A stretch of DNA of 64,000 nt from Candidatus Cloacimonadales bacterium (GCA_963662275.1 OY759316.1:2624001-2688000), one strand, 5' to 3'. Counted from the stretch's first letter, positions 39,469-50,187 are shown. Notes: generated from the sequence alone by a model not told the origin. A program made the numbers and translations.

Positions 39469-40152
39469 ATGCCTATTATTACAATAGAAAACATTATCTT
39501 TAAAACCGCTGAGAAGACACTCTTATCAGATATTTCATTAACAATATCTGAAAATGAAACACTGATCTTTTCAGGTACTGGTGAATCAGGGAGAAGTTTA
39601 CTTCTAGAGATTATCGCAGGTATTCTACCACCAACCAGTGGAAGAATACTTTATGATAATATTGATATCTATGAAGCTAAACCCGAAGTGATAAAGAAAT
39701 GGAAACAACAGATAGGTTTTTCTTTTCAGTATGAAGGTTTGTTATCAAATCTGACGGTGGAAGAGAATATACTTCTTCCTATACAATTCTTTGATTCTGA
39801 TGCGATTGAATCATATTATCCAAGGATTAACGAGTTACTTGATTTCTTTGCAATTCAAGATTCCTGGCTAAAACGCCCTGCTGAATTATCAATGCAAAAG
39901 AAAAAAATTCTTGCCTTTATTCGTGCTATTATCATGAATCCTCATATGTTATTTGTTGATGACCCTTATTTCAGCTTGGATCAGTTTTATCAGAATCAGG
40001 TATTGACATGTTTGAAAAAACTTAAGGAAGCTGGATCGACACTTGTCATCATCACGAATGCAAGAGATCTTATCCATCAAATTGCTGATAGGATTTTGTA
40101 TTTCCGGGATGGAAAAATTGAGCGTGAAATTTTCCGTGCTGACTGTGAATAA
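39469..40152 (+). CDS. mlaF: MlaF-like ABC ATPase with degenerate motifs
   Basis: Between mlaE and mlaD; FQYEGLLSNLTVEENI; Walker A GESGRS. Confidence 0.75.
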   Translation: MPIITIENIIFKTAEKTLLSDISLTISENETLIFSGTGESGRSLLLEIIAGILPPTSGRILYDNIDIYEAKPEVIKKWKQQIGFSFQYEGLLSNLTVEENILLPIQFFDSDAIESYYPRINELLDFFAIQDSWLKRPAELSMQKKKILAFIRAIIMNPHMLFVDDPYFSLDQFYQNQVLTCLKKLKEAGSTLVIITNARDLIHQIADRILYFRDGKIEREIFRADCE

Positions 40153-40203
40153 AAGCTGATCAGACAATGATAGCATTACTTACAAGAAACCAGGAGATTA
40201 TGC

Positions 40204-41268
40204 ATGAATTTTAAATTCAGACATACAGATAAAATCGTTGGATTATTTGTCCTAATCGCATTGGTTGCTCTCATATTGTCTTTTAGCGCGATTATGATCA
40301 AGCAGAAGTTTTTTGTAAAAAAATACGTATTTCATACAAGATTCATTGATGCTATTGGATTATCAAATAGTACAATATTGAGTTTTAGAGGTTTTGAAAT
40401 TGGAAAAATCAAGCAATTCAGTTTGAATAAAAACAATTATATTGATGCTGATTTCGTCATCTATGAAAAATATATGGATAAAATGCTGGAATTTTCAGCT
40501 ATAAGTAAGGCTGTTAATCCGGTTACCAGTAAATCTTCTCTTGAATTCCTCCAAGGTCCCAATCCTGGAAAACGATTGCATGAAGGCAGTTTTATTCCTT
40601 CCTTAGATACCCCAGAAGGAAATGTTCTGCTTTTTTCCGGCAAAGTCAAAAAAAGCGGGGATGTGGTATCTTCTATATTATCCAGTATAGACAATATGTT
40701 GTTGAACCTGACCCAGGATAACAATCCTGATAAGGGAGCGCTTTTTCGAATGCTTTACAATCTTGCTAATGCCACAGGGAATATGAATGCTAGTTTGATG
40801 GAGTTGAATACTCTAATGGCGAATCTTCACAAGGATAATAATCCCGAAGATGGTGCTTTATTCAGAGCAATAGCGAACTTGGCAGACTTAACAGAAGATT
40901 TCCAGCAAACAAATGCAAAAGTCAATCAATTACTATCCTCAACTAACGAATTAACCGATGCTTACAAAGATCCAAATGGTCTGGCATTGAAGCTCCTCGA
41001 TCCAACTGGTAAGAATTTTATAGAGCCTATGCACGAATCTATTCTGAAAATCAACACTAACTTGAACGAAATCAATAAAATACTGCTCTATCTAAACTCC
41101 CAAACTCCAATCATGTCATCGATACTAATCCAAGGGGATCAGACTCTCAGGTCATCTCAAAAAGCGATTGAGGGAATTAATAATAACCCTCTCATTCGAA
41201 GCGGAATATCAAAAGACAAACCATTAGCACCGAATTCTCAGAACACTAGACCTACGGATGTGAAATAA
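40204..41268 (+). CDS. mlaD: MlaD/MCE-domain protein with helical extension
   Basis: N-terminal TM (VGLFVL), AIGL...FRGFEIGKI MCE motif. Confidence 0.82.
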   Translation: MNFKFRHTDKIVGLFVLIALVALILSFSAIMIKQKFFVKKYVFHTRFIDAIGLSNSTILSFRGFEIGKIKQFSLNKNNYIDADFVIYEKYMDKMLEFSAISKAVNPVTSKSSLEFLQGPNPGKRLHEGSFIPSLDTPEGNVLLFSGKVKKSGDVVSSILSSIDNMLLNLTQDNNPDKGALFRMLYNLANATGNMNASLMELNTLMANLHKDNNPEDGALFRAIANLADLTEDFQQTNAKVNQLLSSTNELTDAYKDPNGLALKLLDPTGKNFIEPMHESILKINTNLNEINKILLYLNSQTPIMSSILIQGDQTLRSSQKAIEGINNNPLIRSGISKDKPLAPNSQNTRPTDVK

Positions 41269-42119
41269 TGAAATTACTATTAGCAGTATCATGCTTCTTC
41301 ATTTTAATAGGATGTTCCTCTTTTTATTATCATCCGGATCGAAGAACACTCCTGCAAGCAAATATTTTCATGAAAAATGGACAGACTCTAGATAACCAAG
41401 CTCAATATTCAAATGCTTTGTATACATATTTTGAAGCCTACCAGAGATATTCCCTCATTGATCAGCTTGATGGAAAAGCACTTGCAATGCTTGCTCTTAC
41501 CCGTGAGTATTACCGATTAGGAGATATGCGGAACTTCGATCTTTGGCGAGATAGTGTATCTACATTGATCAAGCTCAATATACCTAAAATGGAAGATCAA
41601 TTAAAGCTGCTTGATATTGAAATCAATTTCCGTAATTCAGATTATGCAAAAGTGATCGAACTAACGAAAGGCTATCAAAATAAACAAATTCTAACCGCTA
41701 CAGAGTTTTGCAGTTATCGTCTCATCTCAAAAACGAAACTAAATACTAGTCTTAAAATTGAAAAAGACTTCCTGTTAGAACAAATACAGAAATTATCAAA
41801 ACAATATCACAAGCATAAATTAGATGAACCTTCCAAATTGGCATTTGCATATTATAGCATTGGTTATTCATATATCTTACAAACACAGTTTAAAAAAGCA
41901 TTAGGAATGCTGCTGGAGGCTTACAAAATTGATCAGAGTGAGGAGAATTTTTCTAATATCACAAGTGATCTCTATCTTATTGGTTTTACTTATGAACAAC
42001 TTAAACAGCTTGAATTAGCACAAGATTATTATACGAGAGGACTGAATATTGCTATTCAAATTACAGACAAGGAGTTACAAGACAAAATCAACGACCGTTT
42101 AAAAAACTTAAATCATTAA
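41268..42119 (+). CDS. TPR lipoprotein
   Basis: Lipobox LIGC, TPR-like helices, coupled to mlaD. Confidence 0.7.
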   Translation: MKLLLAVSCFFILIGCSSFYYHPDRRTLLQANIFMKNGQTLDNQAQYSNALYTYFEAYQRYSLIDQLDGKALAMLALTREYYRLGDMRNFDLWRDSVSTLIKLNIPKMEDQLKLLDIEINFRNSDYAKVIELTKGYQNKQILTATEFCSYRLISKTKLNTSLKIEKDFLLEQIQKLSKQYHKHKLDEPSKLAFAYYSIGYSYILQTQFKKALGMLLEAYKIDQSEENFSNITSDLYLIGFTYEQLKQLELAQDYYTRGLNIAIQITDKELQDKINDRLKNLNH

Positions 42120-42254
42120 AAATTACTCATTTGGTTCAAACAAGATTATATTCTTTTATGAGTTTTTTTACTGTCCGCGGAAGAAAATCTTTGACAAGTT
42201 TGTAAAGATATAATAAACGAATGTTTGTGATAATTTAATCTGGTCGGGAGAGAA

Positions 42255-43589
42255 ATGAAATTAATACGTAATGCTATCATTAGTGATGGATCTAATGATA
42301 CAAAAAAAGTTCAAATCCTATTCGATGAGACCATCATCGAAATTTCAGAAAAAGAGATTCCAATCACATCTAAAATCAAGGTTTTTGATTTAGAGGGAAA
42401 ACTCCTTATTCCTGGATGTATAGATACTAGAGTACACTTGGATCATGATGGAGATAGAAGTGAATCTCTAATTCCCAGCGCTACGAGATTGGCTGCTAAA
42501 GGCGGCATTACAACGGTTATTGAAGATGTTGTTAATACGAACGAACCAATAACGGAAAAAGAACAGCTTGAAGATAGAAAGAAAAATTACCTGGGTAATA
42601 GTTACGTCGATCATGCCTTTTGGGGTGTGATACGAATGAATGATTACCCGTTATACACAGATTTGGCACAACAGCTTTGGAATGAAGGAGCTGTTGGCTT
42701 CAGAATCAATCTGTTTTCGCTTAATGATGATGTTGACTCTCTTTCATACCAGGATATTTTGGATTTATTCTCCGCATTGGCTGATACCAATATTCTCTTC
42801 TCATTTGACCCTGAAGATTTAGATACGATCCAGTCATTATTACCCGTATGGCAGAAGCATAATTTTATTCCCTCAGATGGCTACTTCTGTATGAGTGAAA
42901 TTCAATCTCAGGCAGTCAGAAAAATAACACGTAGATCCCAGGAAAATCCGATTCATTTTTTTAGTATAAATACGCAGCAAGCCTCAGAATTCATTTTGAA
43001 TTCATTGAAAAAATACAATCTGAGTTTTGACATATTTCCCCTATATATGGCACATGCACAATCACCCGAAATAAATAATAGTTTTGATTGTGCAATTTAT
43101 CCTCCAATACAGACAGATGTAGATCGGGAATTTCTCAGGACCATAATCAAGTCAGGAAAACTATTCGTCCTGAGTTCACAATCGGGATATATTAATCTGG
43201 ATGGTCTTGCATCCTGCTTTCCTGGTCTCCAAAATAAAGTCCATACAGATTGGCTTGAATGTATGGTTCCTTATTTGTTTTCAGAATTTTACATCAAAGA
43301 TAAAACAACCTTGGATAGAATGATTAAGTTGACATCAGAGAACGCTGCAAAACGTTTCGGGCTTTATCCCCGCAAGGGATGTCTCGAAGTTAATTCTGAT
43401 GCTGATTTTACGGTTATTGATTTAAAAATACCTACTCCTAAACAGAAATCTACAATTCCATGTTCGCCGAATGATCTTGAGTGTTCAATAACTCATACTT
43501 TTTTGCGCGGGAATTTAATTTATGAGATTGGAAAAGGTATCACCAGTAAGAAGAATGAAGGTATATGGATTCCTCGTTTAAGTAATTGA
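42255..43589 (+). CDS. Allantoinase/dihydroorotase-like amidohydrolase homologue, probably inactive
   Basis: PGCIDTRVH, AAKGGITT, SENAAKRFGLYPRKG, DADFTVID; metal ligands substituted. Confidence 0.85.
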   Translation: MKLIRNAIISDGSNDTKKVQILFDETIIEISEKEIPITSKIKVFDLEGKLLIPGCIDTRVHLDHDGDRSESLIPSATRLAAKGGITTVIEDVVNTNEPITEKEQLEDRKKNYLGNSYVDHAFWGVIRMNDYPLYTDLAQQLWNEGAVGFRINLFSLNDDVDSLSYQDILDLFSALADTNILFSFDPEDLDTIQSLLPVWQKHNFIPSDGYFCMSEIQSQAVRKITRRSQENPIHFFSINTQQASEFILNSLKKYNLSFDIFPLYMAHAQSPEINNSFDCAIYPPIQTDVDREFLRTIIKSGKLFVLSSQSGYINLDGLASCFPGLQNKVHTDWLECMVPYLFSEFYIKDKTTLDRMIKLTSENAAKRFGLYPRKGCLEVNSDADFTVIDLKIPTPKQKSTIPCSPNDLECSITHTFLRGNLIYEIGKGITSKKNEGIWIPRLSN

Positions 43590-43658
43590 TCCTAAGTTGA
43601 AATACTACCTATCGTGTTTTCTTAATTCATCTATTCAAGCTAATTATAAGGAGATCCC

Positions 43659-44990
43659 ATGCAAGAACGATTTAGACAAGTATTGTTACAAATATGCAAG
43701 GAATATCAAGGCTTTAAAATCGATTTTAAATATCGAATTTGGGAAACCGACTTTTTGCGTTTCTATCAAAGCCAAATCAATTACAATATCACGAAATGCA
43801 GTGATTCCTTGTATACAACTGTTTATAAGGGTAAGCGTTCCTATAGTTTCATATTGTATGATCCAGATGAAAAAATACTTCGCCAGACATTATTAGAATC
43901 CATCCCTCTATTAGATCATTTACCTGAAGATCCTGATTTTGTGGATTTGGAAAACAATCTGGAAACCTATCCGGAGACAGATAAAATCAATAATATTATC
44001 CACTTTCCCTTGGAAAAGAAAATCAAAATCCTGAATAGCATTTCAGAAGCTGTAGCAATTTACGGTTTCAAAATATTCGGTACTTTCATTTGTAATTTCG
44101 AAGTAGATTACATGATCAACAGTAATGGTGTGAATAAAAAATCACAGACTTCTCCAGTTATGCTTGAATTAAAAGCCGTTTCAGATAAGAATATGGTGAC
44201 TGTGCTGGAAACATATGGTTCAGAAAATCCTGATACCTTTGATGTTCAAGCTTTTATCGACAAACTCACTTTGAAACTGACAAATGCAGAACGCGATGTT
44301 GTCGATGTAGAAGCTGGTCATTACGATGTAATTTTATCCCCTCGTTGTATCGGTGAATATATTAACTACCTCTCCTCTTCTATGACAGCTCATAATCTTG
44401 ATCAGAAAACGAGTTATTTCGAAGATAAACTCGATCAGCAGATTTTCCCAACTAATGTCACTTTATCTGATGATCCTCATTATCCAGAGATGATTAATTT
44501 CGATTATAACAATGAAGGGCATATTTATAAAAAACTCACTCTCATTGAAAAAGGTATTTTCCGTAATTTCATGGTAGATAATTATTATGCACACAAAACC
44601 GGTATGACAAAAAACGGTAATTCCGGTGATTGCCTGGTTCTTTCTACCGGCGATAAATCATTAGAGGAAATGATTGGTAGTATCAAGAAAGGTCTGTATA
44701 TTTCGAGTTTGCATTATATGAATTTTATCAATTATAAGGAAACATCCGTTACTGGTTTAACGAGGGATGGAACGTTTCTAATCGAGGATGGTAAACTGAC
44801 GAATGTAGTGAATAATTTACGTTTCACGGAACGCTTGGCTAGAATTATTGAAAGCATCGTAGAAATCGAAAATACTTCTTACACGATACCTATATCCGAT
44901 AATTATGATGAGTTTTCAATCAATACAATTCGAATGCCTCATGTAAAAGTCAGTGGTTTCCAAATTTCATCATCAACAAAAACGATTTAA
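43659..44990 (+). CDS. TldE/PmbA family protein
   Basis: YDVILSP, LSDDP, TGLTRDGTFLIEDG, NNLRF; no HExxxH. Confidence 0.85.
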   Translation: MQERFRQVLLQICKEYQGFKIDFKYRIWETDFLRFYQSQINYNITKCSDSLYTTVYKGKRSYSFILYDPDEKILRQTLLESIPLLDHLPEDPDFVDLENNLETYPETDKINNIIHFPLEKKIKILNSISEAVAIYGFKIFGTFICNFEVDYMINSNGVNKKSQTSPVMLELKAVSDKNMVTVLETYGSENPDTFDVQAFIDKLTLKLTNAERDVVDVEAGHYDVILSPRCIGEYINYLSSSMTAHNLDQKTSYFEDKLDQQIFPTNVTLSDDPHYPEMINFDYNNEGHIYKKLTLIEKGIFRNFMVDNYYAHKTGMTKNGNSGDCLVLSTGDKSLEEMIGSIKKGLYISSLHYMNFINYKETSVTGLTRDGTFLIEDGKLTNVVNNLRFTERLARIIESIVEIENTSYTIPISDNYDEFSINTIRMPHVKVSGFQISSSTKTI

Positions 44991-44999
44991 GGAGCTAAC

Positions 45000-46439
45000 A
45001 TGAAATTATTAGTACACGATATTATCCAGAAACTACAGCTTCCGGAAATCACATTTGCTGATGTTCGGTTAACTTCTTCTGATAATCAGGTCATTTTCTT
45101 TGAGAAAGGTGAATTAAAGCATGTTTCAACCTCACGTGATTCCATTTCGATTGGAGTTAGAGTTTTAATCCAGGGTTGCTGGGGTTTTGCCGGTACACGA
45201 ATGTTAGATAAAAGCTCTATTCATAAAATGATTCAGACAGCTATCATCAATGCCAAGCACAGCAGTAAATTCCGTAAAGATAGGATTACCTGGAAACCAC
45301 AAGCTCCTCAGATTAATTCTTATTTTTATGTACCAATGGAAGACCCATTCCTTATGGATGAGCAGGAAAAAATTGAATACATAGGTAATATCGCTAAAAT
45401 GCTGGTTGGAAAGCCACAGATAGTCTATTCCCATGCATATACTGAATTCTCCCGCCAATATAAGGTTTATGCCAACACTGAAGGTACTCTCGTTGATACC
45501 CTGGTTTACGACACTCTTCCTTCTATATATGTATTGGCTGCTGAAGGACCACATGTATACAGCCGGACATATCCCGGGCATATGAATGGTAGAAGGGGTG
45601 GATTTGAAGTATTACGTAATTTTAAATTTGAAGCAAACGCTCCGAAGATCATAGAAGAAGCCATTGCTTTAACAAAAGCCCCAACAATTGAGGAAGAACG
45701 TGCTGATATTATTATTGGCAGTGGACATCTTGCCTTACAATTACACGAATCTGTAGGTCATGCTACAGAAGCAGACCGCATATTTGGGATGGAAATTTCG
45801 TATGCAGGTAAGACTTTCATTAAACCATCAATGCTGGGTAACTTTATGTATGGCTCTGATATTGTGACGATATTCAGTGATAGCCTAGATCCCAATGGCA
45901 TGGGTTTCCACCTGGTTGATGACGATGGTACACCTGCAAAAAAGGTAGATATCGTGAAAAACGGTATCTTAGTCAATCAGCAGACTTCACGTGAATTAGC
46001 TCCACTTCTCGGCTTGGAGCCAAGTTCCAACATGCTGGCTACTGCTGGTGATAATATTCCTCTGATTCGAATGACAAATTTCTGTCTTGCTCCCGGAAGC
46101 GGTAGTTTACAGGATATGATAAAATCTACCGAAAAAGGATACTTACTCGATAATACTAAAACCTGGTCTATTGATGACAACCGGTATAATTTCCAGTTCA
46201 CAACTGAAATAGGTTGGAAGATCAGAGATGGGAAAATTACCGGAATCGTGAAAGAACCAACCTACTATGGCATCACACCTGAATTTTGGGGTTCATGTGA
46301 TCGCATCTGCGGACCAGAGGAATGGGGTTATCATGGAACATTTCATTGTGGAAAAGGCGAACCAGGTCAGGTGATGCATCTTTCACATGGTGTGGCACCT
46401 GCCAGATTTAAAAATGTTGTTGTTAATGTAAAAGCATAG
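45000..46439 (+). CDS. tldD: TldD metalloprotease
   Basis: LHESVGHATEAD, DDDG, RMTN, CGKGEPGQ. Confidence 0.9.
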   Translation: MKLLVHDIIQKLQLPEITFADVRLTSSDNQVIFFEKGELKHVSTSRDSISIGVRVLIQGCWGFAGTRMLDKSSIHKMIQTAIINAKHSSKFRKDRITWKPQAPQINSYFYVPMEDPFLMDEQEKIEYIGNIAKMLVGKPQIVYSHAYTEFSRQYKVYANTEGTLVDTLVYDTLPSIYVLAAEGPHVYSRTYPGHMNGRRGGFEVLRNFKFEANAPKIIEEAIALTKAPTIEEERADIIIGSGHLALQLHESVGHATEADRIFGMEISYAGKTFIKPSMLGNFMYGSDIVTIFSDSLDPNGMGFHLVDDDGTPAKKVDIVKNGILVNQQTSRELAPLLGLEPSSNMLATAGDNIPLIRMTNFCLAPGSGSLQDMIKSTEKGYLLDNTKTWSIDDNRYNFQFTTEIGWKIRDGKITGIVKEPTYYGITPEFWGSCDRICGPEEWGYHGTFHCGKGEPGQVMHLSHGVAPARFKNVVVNVKA

Positions 46440-46455
46440 TCAGCTAAGAGAATAT

Positions 46456-46486
46456 CAAAAGGGACACTGAGTGTGTCCCTTTTTTG
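46456..46486. terminator. Bidirectional terminator
   Basis: AAAAGGGACAC/GTGTCCCTTTT between convergent genes. Confidence 0.85.
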
Positions 46487-47482
46487 TTATCTTGCATTCA
46501 TTTTGAATACTACCCAATTGAGTTCAGGTATCAACTGGCATTCAACATAAAATTTCTTCTCCCCAACTTTCATTAAAAAATTTGTATAGGGAGATTCTAT
46601 CATATTATTCATCAGTTCTTGGATACTTGGATTGGATGAATTACGCAGATCATGCGTATTAGCAATTTGTTTCTCGTTAAGTTGGTTTGCAGGAATTCCT
46701 AAATTTTTATACAACTCCTGTGTTGCCATGATCAGAGTTCCATTCCTGCCAATGATTCCTGTAAATTGCTCATCCTTGACTGTAGATTCTTTCAGGAGGC
46801 TCTTCAAACTGACCTTACAACCTAGGATACCTCTAAGATCATTACCATCACTCATTGGATATATCACGTTGATTATCATCTCATTTAGAGTTGGATCCCA
46901 TTCAGGCTGAAACCATTTTACGTGTGAACTCTCGTCTGTCTGAGCCTGTAATAATTGGTAGAGTGGCAGCTTTTTCAAATCCTGTTTTGGCTGATACAAC
47001 TTCGATAGATCGGAATATGGGAAAACCCTTATGAAAGAATTCCTATGAATATAATACTGTTGCAAAATCTCAGGATACTTTGTTCCTGTAATCATCCAAA
47101 TTGAATCCATAGGAGCTGTGAAATCAATTTCTTTCAGGATATCTTGGCCAATAGGAGTGAATCCAGTACAATAAAGAGCTCCATGGTTCTCTTCCTGGGG
47201 TATGTTTAGGTACTTTTCGGGAGTAACCTGGTACTTCAAACTTAGACTGGATTGCGGTAACAATTCACGGCTAAGATAAATAGAGTTGAGAAATTTGCTA
47301 TTACCTAACAAATCAGCAGAAATACCTTCGCACAGAGTTTTAAATCGTGCTGCACTTTTCAGAAATGCTTGTTCTTGTGTTTGAGCAAGTTGCGTATTTT
47401 TGTCACAACTAACAAAACAAAATATACAAATGATAATAGCAACAAGATAGAAAATGCGGCAATTACTCGTTTTCATAAGCAC
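46487..47482 (-). CDS. Lipoprotein with Cache-like sensor domain
   Basis: Lipobox FVSC; YYIH...IRVFP, WFQPEWDP, YPM...GILG pattern resembles dCache. Confidence 0.55.
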   Translation of the reverse strand: MLMKTSNCRIFYLVAIIICIFCFVSCDKNTQLAQTQEQAFLKSAARFKTLCEGISADLLGNSKFLNSIYLSRELLPQSSLSLKYQVTPEKYLNIPQEENHGALYCTGFTPIGQDILKEIDFTAPMDSIWMITGTKYPEILQQYYIHRNSFIRVFPYSDLSKLYQPKQDLKKLPLYQLLQAQTDESSHVKWFQPEWDPTLNEMIINVIYPMSDGNDLRGILGCKVSLKSLLKESTVKDEQFTGIIGRNGTLIMATQELYKNLGIPANQLNEKQIANTHDLRNSSNPSIQELMNNMIESPYTNFLMKVGEKKFYVECQLIPELNWVVFKMNAR

Positions 47483-47592
47483 TAAATTCCCCTTCGTCGT
47501 GTTTTCTCTCAGAATTTTTTACATTATTTTAAATAATTCAAGATTATCCTGGCATGACAAATCAGCAACATCACAAGATAAGATATCTGCTA

Positions 47593-50187
47593 TCACCTGA
47601 TCTTCTTAAGCAAAAGAGATCCTATTCCCATTTGATATCCTTTGGCAGAAAAAATGATCTGATTATCCTGTCCGATCAGAAAAACAATAGGATAATCTGT
47701 GATTTTCAGCTTTTCATCTAAAACAGATGCCCCTGATTTCAGTAACAAACCTGATGTTTCAGAGATGTCATCATGTTTACGGTTCTCTGTATAGATAATG
47801 ATTTCACAATTCTTTGTAATTAATTCTTTCTTTTTGTCAATTATTTCTTTTAACATGCGTTGCTGTGGTTCAGATGTCTCTTGTCCTCGAATAAATATCA
47901 GTTTAGTGCCTCCTTTTAATCCCCATTGCTTAGCATAGCGAATAATATCTTTTCGAGTTTGATTACTCCATTGAGCTGAAACATCAAAATAGATCTTTGG
48001 CGTCTGAAGATTAATTTGATATACATACTGCTTGGCTTTCACTGATTTGATGATTACTTGTGCATCTCCATTATCATTTCTAGTCATACCTTCCAGATAA
48101 TAGGATATTTTCTTATCCTCGGGATAGGTTAATTCATAATCCAAGCCTTTATCTTGACCATCAAAATAAGTATCATCCAAAGTCCCCTTTTCTGTCATTG
48201 CTGCCAGGAAGAAGTTTTCGAAAGCACTTGCCTTTATTTTCTTTCCATCGATAGTTACAGATATTGTCAATGTCCTGGTCTTACTAGCCACGGGTTCTTG
48301 AGTATTTTTTTGCTCTTCTAATGAAATAAATTGCTTTCCATCATAATATTCAAGATAACCCTTCCAACGAACCGGAACTTGCACAAGTTTCAATGCACTG
48401 GCTAATAAAATCGTCCTGCCTGATGAAGTTACATAATGCATGTTCAGAAAATCAAGCGGGGTAATAGCTCCACTGAAATAGGTATAGGAAACATCCTCAT
48501 CTGTAACTAGTTGAGAATCCACCCATTTGACAAGATTACTAACGGTTTCTGTGTTACTTTTCCCTTTCATATCCTTGACTATTGAATATAGACCTGCTTC
48601 CCAACCATTTTCAGGACATGGTGATGTGGAAAAAGTGGATTGAAGAATACACTTGCGCCATATTGAATCAGGATATGTTATTTTAGAAGGAAGGTAAAGA
48701 TCGATAATTGCTTGAATTGATGCTGAATCAGGTAATTCCACGAGTTCTTTCACATCCCAGTCTTCAAGCATTTTACAAAGTAAATCTCGCCTATCTTCAG
48801 CATAGTTCATTTTCAGATTCGCATCAAACACTTTACGATAGGTATCGGAGCTTCCCGCTAATTGGTCAAATGTTGACAGATAATCATCTCTTCGGACTGT
48901 GAAAGCTGAATCTGTTTCTCCTGTTTTTGGCTGTACATCATAAAAACTCAGGAATTCAATAGAATGCTTATAGGAATTCAACCTGTTATCCCGACGCAGG
49001 CTGGATAATTCCCTTAAATGATCAAAATCAGCAATGATAGGTGTTCCGTATGAATCTGCTGATCTGCTTGCCGGTAAAGGGAAATGAATATCAAATTTCT
49101 CATTTATTTCACTATTCTTTTTACAGGAAATTGTTAAATTCACATCACCGTTCATCGTATTTAATAAGGAACAGCCAAAGAGACTATCCGAATAGGCAGT
49201 GACCCATACCCCACCTTTGCCGAGAGGAAACTTCACGATTCCCGAAGTATCTGACTTGAGAGATAGCATCGGCATTTCACCACCGTACGAAGCTCCATAA
49301 AGCATGACTCTCGCATCTGGAAGTGGTTTCCCTTTTTCATTCATAATTTTGAGTACAACTTGCACAGTATTAGCATAATCTCCAGTAGTTATAAGTGTAG
49401 CTACTCCTTTTTCGAACTTCACTTTCTGTGGGCTTTCAAAATCACCATATGCTTCTGAAAGAACAAGAGTAGCCCGAGTGGTCGTATCTGCAAACCAAGT
49501 TTCACCAAGCCTGTTGGCAGCTTCAGCAGCCCCGATGAATTTCCAGCCACCGGTAGTCCACACATCTGTCCAGGCATGGTTATTATCCGTGAAATTCCAA
49601 TAGGGAACTGAGGCAGGGCGGCAGGGAATACCAACTGCACGCGCTGCAGCCATATAAATGATCATACATTCTTCACACCTGCCATAACCGCGTTTAATTG
49701 TAGTCAAAGGCGCCTGGTCTCTACCGCTGGTTGGTTTAAAAGCCATCTTCTCGGCTGTCCAGAGATTCACCAGGAAAGCAGCTTCTTCAAGAGATTTGCA
49801 GTTTTGAACAATCGGGAGTAATTCTTTATAGAATGCAGGACGCCAATTCTCGAAAGGCTCTTGCGAAATACGAGGTGGTAACACAAAATGAATAAACAAA
49901 TCTTCTGGTATATCTTTCGTGTATGGTAATTGCTTTGTCTTCAATGCAAATCGGATATCTTCCATGATAAAATCAGGTGTAAGAACAGCTAGGTCAAAGA
50001 CACTTGCATTCTCCAGGAGATATTGAACATACTTCAAAGTATCCGGAACTGTGGAATGCAATATCTGTTTCAAACCTGCAGCATTCTTACCGGAATAACG
50101 GTCTATCCGCTGTTCCAATGTGTATTCTGTGGCATAAAGCATCAACGTTACAAAACTCAATAATAAAACTAAAACAATCTTTCTCAT
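47593..50187 (-). CDS. Secreted transglutaminase-like protein
   Basis: FIHFVLPPRI..E...WR, GRCEE, RAVGIPCR, NHAWTDV; start at MRKIV signal peptide. Confidence 0.85.
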   Translation of the reverse strand: MRKIVLVLLLSFVTLMLYATEYTLEQRIDRYSGKNAAGLKQILHSTVPDTLKYVQYLLENASVFDLAVLTPDFIMEDIRFALKTKQLPYTKDIPEDLFIHFVLPPRISQEPFENWRPAFYKELLPIVQNCKSLEEAAFLVNLWTAEKMAFKPTSGRDQAPLTTIKRGYGRCEECMIIYMAAARAVGIPCRPASVPYWNFTDNNHAWTDVWTTGGWKFIGAAEAANRLGETWFADTTTRATLVLSEAYGDFESPQKVKFEKGVATLITTGDYANTVQVVLKIMNEKGKPLPDARVMLYGASYGGEMPMLSLKSDTSGIVKFPLGKGGVWVTAYSDSLFGCSLLNTMNGDVNLTISCKKNSEINEKFDIHFPLPASRSADSYGTPIIADFDHLRELSSLRRDNRLNSYKHSIEFLSFYDVQPKTGETDSAFTVRRDDYLSTFDQLAGSSDTYRKVFDANLKMNYAEDRRDLLCKMLEDWDVKELVELPDSASIQAIIDLYLPSKITYPDSIWRKCILQSTFSTSPCPENGWEAGLYSIVKDMKGKSNTETVSNLVKWVDSQLVTDEDVSYTYFSGAITPLDFLNMHYVTSSGRTILLASALKLVQVPVRWKGYLEYYDGKQFISLEEQKNTQEPVASKTRTLTISVTIDGKKIKASAFENFFLAAMTEKGTLDDTYFDGQDKGLDYELTYPEDKKISYYLEGMTRNDNGDAQVIIKSVKAKQYVYQINLQTPKIYFDVSAQWSNQTRKDIIRYAKQWGLKGGTKLIFIRGQETSEPQQRMLKEIIDKKKELITKNCEIIIYTENRKHDDISETSGLLLKSGASVLDEKLKITDYPIVFLIGQDNQIIFSAKGYQMGIGSLLLKKIR

